Shown here: in pieces, positions 54,311-64,000 of the stretch
Layout of the letters: every line of letters starts with the position of its first letter
Numbering within the stretch: position 1 is the first letter of the stretch
Assembly (NCBI GenBank): GCA_002269645.1
Contig: NIVC01001798.1
Location: 62,001 to 126,000 of the forward strand
DNA: 64,000 nt
From: Macrostomum lignano
Taxonomy: Eukaryota
Direction of reading: 5' to 3'
Made by a program: the position numbers and the translations under genes
The notes under the pieces: model-generated
Databases searched by the model: none
What the model saw: the letters and a program-made list of their open reading frames with translations, nothing else
Told to the model about the DNA's origin: nothing

Positions 54311-54874
54311 GAGATAGAGAGGCCGTTAACGTAGACTATGAATAAAAAGTCAATAATTAGAAGCAAAATTTTTAAGCGTTTCGCGAAGGCAGCAGTAATC
54401 CGGATGTCCGATCTCGAAACGATGTTGCAGATGTCAGTTGATATTGATGAGCCTTGAAAATCAAATGTCTAACGTAGCTAGGGCCAATTGGTTTTTAACC
54501 TGATTCAAATATTTTAAACGCATGAATGGACGTTGGAAAGTTGATTGGTGCCGCAGGAAAGCAAACAGAAACAGCCAATCCTCATGACTGCGCAAGGAAT
54601 TCGGCTAACCAATGACAGCACGAGGAAAACTGGTCATGTCTGCGTAGCTCGTAGGCCAAATTTTCTCCTCGTCGTTCAGTTTTTGAAATCTGGATGCAAG
54701 AACTTTAGATGGGAATTATCCATCTCTCACTCTGGCCACATCTATATGTAGCGCTTTTTTATTTACAGTTGGAATCCCAAATTCTGGATCAGCCAAAGGA
54801 TTTTTTATGCTTAAATCTGCTGACACTGGGACTAGAATAAGCCAGCGGATCCTTTCTCCCTATCCACTCCTTTT

Positions 54875-56070
54875 CCATCCGCCCCTTCCTCTGCATCCGC
54901 CCTTCCTCTGCATCTGCCCTTCCTCTGCATCCGCCCTTCCTCTGCATCTGCCCTTCCTCTGCATCCGCCCTTCCTCTACACCCGCCCTTCCTCTGCATCT
55001 GCCCTTCCTCTGATTCCATCCCTTCCTCTGCATCTGCCCTTCCTCTGCATGCATCCCTTCCTCTGCATCCGCCCTTCCTCTGCATGCATCCCTTCCTCTG
55101 CATCCGCCCCTTCCTCTACACCCGCCCTTCCTCTGCATCCGCCCTTCCTCTGCATCCGCCCTTCCTCTGCATCCGCCCTTCCTCTGCATCCGCCCCTTCC
55201 TCTGCATCCGCCCCTTCCTCTACACCCGCCCTTCCTCTGCATCTGCCCTTCCTCTGATTCCATCCCTTCCTCTGCATCCGCCCTTCCTCTGCATGCATCC
55301 CTTCCTCTGCATCTGCCCCTTCCTCTGCATCCGCCCTTCCTCTGCATCCGCCCTTCCTCTGCATGCATCCCTTCCTCTGCATCTGCCCCTTCCTCTACAC
55401 CCGCCCTTCCTCTGCATCTGCCCTTCCTCTGATTCCATCCCTTCCTCTGCATCTGCCCTTCCTCTGCATGCATCCCTTCCTCTGCATCCGCCCTTCCTCT
55501 GCATGCATCCCTTCCTCTGCATCCGCCCCTTCCTCTGCATCCGCCCCTTCCTCTGCATCCGCCCCTTCCTCTGCATCCGCCCCTTCCTCTGCATCCGCCC
55601 TTCCTCTGATTCCATCCCTTCCTCTGATTCCATCCCTTCCTCTGCATCCGCCCCTTCCTCTGCATCCGCCCTTCCTCTGATTCCATCCCTTCCTCTGATT
55701 CCATCCCTTCCTCTTCATCCATCCCTTCCTCTGCATCCGCCCCTTCCTCTGCATCCGCCCTTCCTCTGCATCCGCCCCTTCCTCTGCATCCGCCCTTCCT
55801 CTGCATCTGCCCCTTCCTCTACACCCGCCCTTCCTCTGCATCCGCCCTTCCTCTGCATCCGCCCCTTCCTCTGCATCCGCCCTTCCTCTGCATCTGCCCC
55901 TTCCTCTACACCCGCCCTTCCTCTGCATCCGCCCTTCCTCTGCATCCGCCCCTTCCTCTGCATCTGCCCTTCCTCTGATTCCATCCCTTCCTCTTCATCC
56001 ATCCCTTCCTCTGCATCTGCCCCTTCCTCTGCATCCGCCCTTCCTCTGCATCCGCCTCTTCCTCTCCATC
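54875..56070. repeat. ~17-18-bp minisatellite (CCCTTCCTCTGCATCCG)n
   Basis: Direct reading. Confidence 0.95.
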
Positions 56071-56850
56071 TGCTTTTTTCTTTCCATCTGCTCCTTCTAA
56101 AAATAAATATCAAAATTGAGCAACAGGAGTATGAACGGGATGCTGCATGCAAAGCATGGATTTATCTCTCTCGCTTCATTGCGGTCGCTATTTAGGCCAT
56201 ATCATTTATTTACTTCGTGGAAAGGGCGTGAAGTTATGACATAATGCTTCTGGCGCTTCGTTAGGCCCATCATGTCTAAAATGTGCGCGAATTGGTTCCA
56301 GGCTCACCACGAAGTGCGAAAACAAACCGAATTTTGCAAAACAGTCGATAGTCAGAGATAAGGATAGGTGGATCATGCCGCCTATTGCCTCAGAAAAGGC
56401 CCAGGGTCTGGGATTCTAGACAATAGACCAATACTTGACTATTGGGTGCGAAAAATCGTGCTTAGAATTTGAGCCTAATCCTACGGACTTAAAATGTGCG
56501 AATTTAAATTCGGTTCCCAGTAAAAATGAATTAATAGACACAGCCCTTATCGCAAACCGTCTGTCACCCAATTTTTCGCACCTACGAGTAAAAAGTAACT
56601 CGAAAATCGGCTCAATTCGCACACGTTGTCTATGTTTTGGCACGGGTGTGAAGATGGAATTGCCCAAGGCAGCTTCGGCCACTCATCAATTCGTAAAAGG
56701 ACTGAAAGATTTCATACTTTTTGTTTGCGTAAAAGTTTGCCTACTTTTTGTGGGGCCCTCTTAGGTAAGATTTTAGATAAGCTAAGGTCAAAGTGATTAG
56801 ATTGGACCCAAAAGCACCTTTGAGTATATAAAAGCTATAGCTAGCTAGTC

Positions 56851-59786
56851 TCTTCATCAAACCGGCTGATTCCTTCTCTAACTGTCTCTGTGTATCCCAG
56901 CACCTGAGTCTATCATGAATTCAGAATGAGCTGAGTTTGGCCTAGCTCAGCATTTTCACTCAAACACAGAGGACTTGAGAGCCGCTATAATCTTCATCAA
57001 ACCGGCTGATTCCTTCTCTAACTGTCTCTGTGTATCCCAGCACCTGAGTCTATCATGAATTCAGAATGAGCTGAGTTTGGCCTAGCTCAGCATTTTCACT
57101 CAAACACAGAGAGGACTTGAGAGCCGCTATAATCTTCATCAAACCGGCTGATTCCTTCTCTAACTGTCTCTGTGTATCCCAGCACCTGAGTCTATCATGA
57201 ATTCAGAATGAGCTGAGTTTGGCCTAGCTCAGCATTTTCACTCAAACACAGAGAGGACTTGAGAGCCGCTATAATCTTCATCAAACCGGCTGATTCCTTC
57301 TCTAACTGTCTCTGTGTATCCCAGCACCTGAGTCTATCATGAATTCAGAATGAGCTGAGTTTGGCCTAGCTCAGCATTTTCACTCAAACACAGAGAGGAC
57401 TTGAGAGCCGCTATAATCTTCATCAAACCGGCTGATTCCTTCTCTAACTGTCTCTGTGTATCCCAGCACCTGAGTCTATCATGAATTCAGAATGAGCTGA
57501 GTTTGGCCTAGCTCAGCATTTTCACTCAAACACACAGAGGACTTGAGAGCCGCTATAATCTTCATCAAACCGGCTGATTCCTTCTCTAACTGTCTCTGTG
57601 TATCCCAGCACCTGAGTCTATCATGAATTCAGAATGAGCTGAGTTTGGCCTAGCTCAGCATTTTCACTCAAACACACAGAGGACTTGAGAGCCGCTATAA
57701 TCTTCATCAAACCGGCTGATTCCTTCTCTAACTGTCTCTGTGTGTCCCAGCACCTGAGTCTATCATGAATTCAGAATGAGCTGAGTTTGGCCTAGCTCAG
57801 CATTTTCACTCAAACACAGAGGACTTGAGAGCCGCTATAATCTTCATCAAACCGGCTGATTCCTTCTCTAACTGTCTCTGTGTATCCCAGCACCTGAGTC
57901 TATCATGAATTCAGAATGAGCTGAGTTTGGCCTAGCTCAGCATTTTCACTCAAACACAGAGAGGACTTGAGAGCCGCTATAATCTTCATCAAACCGGCTG
58001 ATTCCTTCTCTAACTGTCTCTGTGTATCCCAGCACCTGAGTCTATCATGAATTCAGAATGAGCTGAGTTTGGCCTAGCTCAGCATTTTCACTCAAACACA
58101 GAGGACTTGAGAGCCGCTATAATCTTCATCAAACCGGCTGATTCCTTCTCTAACTGTCTCTGTGTGTCCCAGCACCTGAGTCTATCATGAATTCAGAATG
58201 AGCTGAGTTTGGCCTAGCTCAGCATTTTCACTCAAACACAGAGAGGACTTGAGAGCCGCTATAATCTTCATCAAACCGGCTGATTCCTTCTCTAACTGTC
58301 TCTGTGTGTCCCAGCACCTGAGTCTATCATGAATTCAGAATGAGCTGAGTTTGGCCTAGCTCAGCATTTTCACTCAAACACAGAGAGGACTTGAGAGCCG
58401 CTATAATCTTCATCAAACCGGCTGATTCCTTCTCTAACTGTCTCTGTGTGTCCCAGCACCTGAGTCTATCATGAATTCAGAATGAGCTGAGTTTGGCCTA
58501 GCTCAGCATTTTCACTCAAACACAGAGAGGACTTGAGAGCCGCTATAATCTTCATCAAACCGGCTGATTCCTTCTCTAACTGTCTCTGTGTATCCCAGCA
58601 CCTGAGTCTATCATGAATTCAGAATGAGCTGAGTTTGGCCTAGCTCAGCATTTTCACTCAAACACAGAGAGGACTTGAGAGCCGCTATAATCTTCATCAA
58701 ACCGGCTGATTCCTTCTCTAACTGTCTCTGTGTATCCCAGCACCTGAGTCTATCATGAATTCAGAATGAGCTGAGTTTGGCCTAGCTCAGCATTTTCACT
58801 CAAACACAGAGAGGACTTGAGAGCCGCTATAATCTTCATCAAACCGGCTGATTCCTTCTCTAACTGTCTCTGTGTATCCCAGCACCTGAGTCTATCATGA
58901 ATTCAGAATGAGCTGAGTTTGGCCTAGCTCAGCATTTTCACTCAAACACAGAGAGGACTTGAGAGCCGCTATAATCTTCATCAAACCGGCTGATTCCTTC
59001 TCTAACTGTCTCTGTGTATCCCAGCACCTGAGTCTATCATGAATTCAGAATGAGCTGAGTTTGGCCTAGCTCAGCATTTTCACTCAAACACAGAGAGGAC
59101 TTGAGAGCCGCTATAATCTTCATCAAACCGGCTGATTCCTTCTCTAACTGTCTCTGTGTATCCCAGCACCTGAGTCTATCATGAATTCAGAATGAGCTGA
59201 GTTTGGCCTAGCTCAGCATTTTCACTCAAACACAGAGGACTTGAGAGCCGCTATAATCTTCATCAAACCGGCTGATTCCTTCTCTAACTGTCTCTGTGTA
59301 TCCCAGCACCTGAGTCTATCATGAATTCAGAATGAGCTGAGTTTGGCCTAGCTCAGCATTTTCACTCAAACACAGAGAGGACTTGAGAGCCGCTATAATC
59401 TTCATCAAACCGGCTGATTCCTTCTCTAACTGTCTCTGTGTATCCCAGCACCTGAGTCTATCATGAATTCAGAATGAGCTGAGTTTGGCCTAGCTCAGCA
59501 TTTTCACTCAAACACAGAGAGGACTTGAGAGCCGCTATAATCTTCATCAAACCGGCTGATTCCTTCTCTAACTGTCTCTGTGTATCCCAGCACCTGAGTC
59601 TATCATGAATTCAGAATGAGCTGAGTTTGGCCTAGCTCAGCATTTTCACTCAAACACAGAGGACTTGAGAGCCGCTATAATCTTCATCAAACCGGCTGAT
59701 TCCTTCTCTAACTGTCTCTGTGTATCCCAGCACCTGAGTCTATCATGAATTCAGAATGAGCTGAGTTTGGCCTAGCTCAGCATTTT
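56851..59786. repeat. 140/142-bp highly homogeneous satellite, about 21 copies
   Basis: Units start TCTTCATCAAACCGG at 56851, 56991, 57133 and onward; they differ mainly by a CA/GA dinucleotide and GTA/GTG. Confidence 0.97.
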
Positions 59787-60109
59787 AACTTTAAAATACA
59801 GAAACCATTTCGCTCTTTCGCTCTTTCGCGTAATTGACCAGAACAACCAATTAGGGCTAATTACGGTAGTTAGTAATTGATAGCCATAAATCTAGGATGA
59901 GTTCTCGGAGAAAATTAGGAGTTTAGGTACAAATTAGAGTTTATTAAGTTATGTAGATATGTATCTTCAATTACTAATCTTTAAACAAGGTGTTTTAGGC
60001 CTATACGAGTACTATAGGCCTACGTTTTGCTTTAGGCCCTAGTGACTGAAATTTCCGATAGGCCAAATGTATATTTTCTTTCGATATGCCCATTAATGTT
60101 GGTTCTATT

Positions 60110-60385
60110 TAGTGGCGGTGCAGCCTTGGCGGTGCGCAGTGGCGGCGATGCTGATTAAGGTAAATTCTGTGGATTAAGGGGGGAGGGGCGGTGGTTGGGT
60201 TTTCAAACCCCTCCCTCAGCGAATTTTTAAAATTAGAGTATACGCTATAATCTCACAAAAACGCATACAACGAGCGCTAAAAAACTAATGGTGGGTCACC
60301 CCACGGAAGGATGGTAGGGTGGTCTTAGGAGGGTGGTCACCCGGGGGCAGCAGCCCTCTCTGCCCCCAACTTGGCGCCGCCACTG
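60110..60385. mobile_element. hAT-like MITE
   Basis: TIRs TAGTGGCGGTGC / GCGCCGCCACTG; 8-bp flanks GTTCTATT / GTTGTATT (7/8 match) consistent with a TSD. Confidence 0.65.
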
Positions 60386-60830
60386 GTTGTATTGATGAGG
60401 CCTAGGCCGACGTACGCGCAATGGTCCTAGTTCTGCGCAAAAATAAGGATATGGAGCCTGGCTGTGGCATGTGAATGTGAGAATTCGCGTTAGTCATCCA
60501 AGAGTAAAAATTCGCGGTCTGGTTCCTATTGGCTGGTTTGAAATCCCACAGCTCAAGTAGGCTGACTCTTACATTGGTAGGCCTAGTATTTCCTCACTAC
60601 AGGCCAGCTTTAAAACTAGGCATAGGCTAGCTCTAAGAAGGCTAGGCCCTGAGTATTTATCCAAGTCTTGTTATCATTTAGGCCATTTTGGAAATATATC
60701 TAGCTGTAGTAAAGCTCTTGAGTAACGCCTATCAATTGACAACCAGCTTTTAAGGTAAAGTACATTAAACTTTTACAATAATATCAAACCTATTTTCCAT
60801 TCAATTTTCAAAAAACAGGCTTACAGGGAG

Positions 60831-63800
60831 TCTGTCTATCAATCTACTTGGATCAAGGGTGCCTCTCTAACTGCTTCTGTCTATCAATCTACTTGGATCA
60901 AGGGCGCCTCTCTAACTGCTTCTGTCTATCAATCTACTTGGATCAAGGGTGCCTCTCTAACTGCTTCTGTCTATCAATCTACTTGGATCAAGGGTGCCTC
61001 TCTAACTGCTTCTGTCTATCAATCTACTTGGATCAAGGGCGCCTCTCTAACTGCTTCTGTCTATCAATCTACTTGGATCAAGGGTGCCTCTCTAACTGCT
61101 TCTGTCTATCAATCTACTTGGATCAAGGGCGCCTCTCTAACTGCTTCTGTCTATCAATCTACTTGGATCAAGGGCGCCTCTCTAACTGCTTCTGTCCATC
61201 AATCTACATGTATGAAGGGCGCCTCTCTAACTGCATCTGTCCATCAATCTACATGTATGAAGGGCGCCTCTCTAACTGCTTCTGTCTATCAATCTACTTG
61301 GATCAAGGGCGCCTCTCTAACTGCTTCTGTCTATCAATCTACTTGGATCAAGGGCGCCTCTCTAACTGCTTCTGTCTATCAATCTACTTGGATCAAGGGC
61401 GCCTCTCTAACTGCTTCTGTCCATCAATCTACATGTATGAAGGGCGCCTCTCTAACTGCGAATTCTGTCCATCAATCTACTTGTATGAAGGGCGCCTCTC
61501 TAACTGCTTCTGTCTATCAATCTACTTGGATCAAGGGCGCCTCTCTAACTGCTTCTGTCTATCAATCTACTTGGATCAAGGGCGCCTCTCTAACTGCTTC
61601 TGTCCATCAATCTACATGTATGAATGGCGCCTCTCTAACTGCTTCTGTCTATCAATCTACTTGGATCAAGGGCGCCTCTCTAACTGCTTCTGTCCTGCAT
61701 CAATCTACATGTATGAAGGGCGCCTCTCTAACTGCTTCTGTCCATCAATCTACATGTATGAAGGGCGCCTCTCTAACTGCGAATTCTGTCCATCAATCTA
61801 CTTGTATGAAGGGCGCCTCTCTAACTGCTTCTGTCTATCAATCTACTTGGATCAAGGGCGCCTCTCTAACTGCTTCTGTCTATCAATCTACTTGGATCAC
61901 GGGCGCCTCTCTAACTGCTTCTGTCTATCAATCTACTTGGATCAAGGGCGCCTCTCTAACTGCTTCTGTCTATCAATCTACTTGGATCAAGGGCGCCTCT
62001 CTAACTGCTTCTGTCCATCAATCTACATGTATGAAGGGCGCCTCTCTAACTGCGAATTCTGTCCATCAATCTACTTGTATGAAGGGCGCCTCTCTAACTG
62101 CTTCTGTCTATCAATCTACTTGGATCAAGGGCGCCTCTCTAACTGCTTCTGTCTATCAATCTACTTGGATCAAGGGCGCCTCTCTAACTGCTTCTGTCCA
62201 TCAATCTACATGTATGAAAGGCGCCTCTCTAACTGCTTCTGTCCATCAATCTACATGTATGAAGGGCGCCTCTCTAACTGCTTCTGTCCATCAATCTACA
62301 TGTATGAAGGGCGCCTCTCTAACTGCTTCTGTCCATCAATCTACATGTATGAAGGGCGCCTCTCTAACTGCTTCTGTCTATCAATCTACTTGGATCAAGG
62401 GCGCCTCTCTAACTGCTTCTGTCTATCAATCTACTTGGATCAAGGGCGCCTCTCTAACTGCTTCTGTCCATCAATCTACATGTATGAAGGGCGCCTCTCT
62501 AACTGCGAATTCTGTCCATCAATCTACTTGTATGAAGGGCGCCTCTCTAACTGCTTCTGTCTATCAATCTACTTGGATCAAGGGCGCCTCTCTAACTGCT
62601 TCTGTCTATCAATCTACTTGGATCAAGGGCGCCTCTCTAACTGCTTCTGTCTATCAATCTACATGTATGAAGGGCGCCTCTCTAACTGCTTCTGTCCATC
62701 AATCTACATGTATGAAGGGCGCCTCTCTAACTGCTTCTGTCCATCAATCTACATGTATGAAGGGCGCCTCTCTAGCTGCTTCTGTCCATCAATCTACATG
62801 TATGAAAGGCGCCTCTCTAACTGCTTCTGTCCATCAATCTACATGTATGAAGGGCGCCTCTCTAACTGCTTCTGTCCATCAATCTACATGTATGAAGGGC
62901 GCCTCTCTAACTGCTTCTGTCCATCAATCTACATGTATGAAGGGCGCCTCTCTAACTGCTTCTGTCTATCAATCTACTTGGATCAAGGGCGCCTCTCTAA
63001 CTGCTTCTGTCTATCAATCTACTTGGATCAAGGGCGCCTCTCTAACTGCTTCTGTCTATCAATCTACTTGGATCAAGGGCGCCTCTCTAACTGCTTCTGT
63101 CCATCAATCTACATGTATGAAGGGCGCCTCTCTAACTGCGAATTCTGTCCATCAATCTACTTGTATGAAGGGCGCCTCTCTAACTGCTTCTGTCTATCAA
63201 TCTACATGTATGAATGGCGCCTCTCTAACTGCTTCTGTCTATCAATCTACTTGGATCAAGGGCGCTCTCTAACTGCTTCTGTCCATCAATCTACATGTAT
63301 GAAGGGCGCCTCTCTATCTGCTTCTGTCTATCAATCTACTTGGATCAAGGGCGCCTCTCTAACTGCTTCTGTCTATCAATCTACTTGGATCAAGGGCGCC
63401 TCTCTAACTGCTTCTGTCCATCAATCTACATGTATGAAGGGCGCCTCTCTAACTGCTTCTGTCTATCAATCTACATGTATGAAGGGCGCCTCTCTAACTG
63501 CGAATTCTGTCCATCAATCTACATGTATGAAGGGCGCCTCTCTAACTGCTTCTGTCTATCAATCTACATGTATGAAGGGCGCCTCTCTAACTGCTTCTGT
63601 CCATCAATCTACATGTATGAAGGGCGCCTCTCTAACTGCTTCTGTCTATCAATCTACTTGGATCAAGGGCGCCTCTCTAACTGCTTCCGTCCATCAATCT
63701 ACATGTATGAAGGGCGCCTCTCTAACTGCTTCCGTCCATCAATCTACATGTATGAAGGGCGCCTCTCTAACTGCTTCTGTCCATCAATCTACTTGTATGA

Positions 63801-64000
63801 AGGGCGCCTCTCTAACTGCTTCTGTCCTGCATCAATCTACATGTATGAAGGGCGCCTCTCTAACTGCTTCTGTCCATCAATCTACATGTATGAAGGGCGC
63901 CTCTCTAACTGCGAATTCTGTCCATCAATCTACATGTATGAATGGCGCCTCTCTAACTGCGAATTCTGTCCATCAATCTACTTGTATGAAGGGCGCCTCT
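60831..64000 (+). repeat. 45-bp minisatellite, about 70 units, two main variant types; possibly a coding repeat exon
   Basis: AAGGGCGCCTCTCTAACTGCTTCTGTC(T/C)ATCAATCTAC(TTGGATC/ATGTATG); runs off the window end. Confidence 0.95.

Noticed and set aside
48457-54366. Very long minus-strand ORFs (up to 1969 aa)
   Set aside because: The satellite unit has no stop codons on that strand, so several frames are open at once; unit lengths vary by non-3n amounts.
56851-59786. CRISPR array, hammerhead ribozyme, SL RNA or 5S array
   Set aside because: No unique spacers and no cas genes. TTGATGA and GAAA on the minus strand lack a stem II. No Sm site or recognisable SL or 5S sequence.
60445-60452. Second U12-like donor ATATCCTT on the minus strand
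   Set aside because: No credible upstream exon or matching branch site and AC; likely chance.

Overview
Eukaryotic (animal) genomic DNA, intron-containing and extremely rich in micro- and minisatellites. The style resembles a free-living flatworm such as Macrostomum, but this is an unverified inference. I could assemble four spliced genes by hand. (1) A minus-strand T-type Ca2+ channel (Cav3) alpha-1 gene: six exons, 18968->2635, covering the N-terminus, all of domain I and the start of the I-II linker. Its first intron is a U12-type AT-AC minor intron. (2) A head-to-head plus-strand orphan single-pass membrane glycoprotein (22473->29192). (3) A minus-strand aminergic tyramine/octopamine-like GPCR (36917->33689). 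(4) A minus-strand Cys-rich, NLS-bearing orphan with a divergent THAP-like C2CH motif (45684->41553). The rest is tRNA-derived SINEs, MITEs and more than 20 unrelated tandem-repeat arrays. These include a foldback-like inverted pair of 12-mer arrays in Cav3 intron 3, a ~141-bp satellite starting just behind a TATA box, and a 45-bp array whose variation looks coding-like. Almost all long ORFs in the supplied track are artefacts of stop-free repeats. I found no prokaryotic features or CRISPR arrays.
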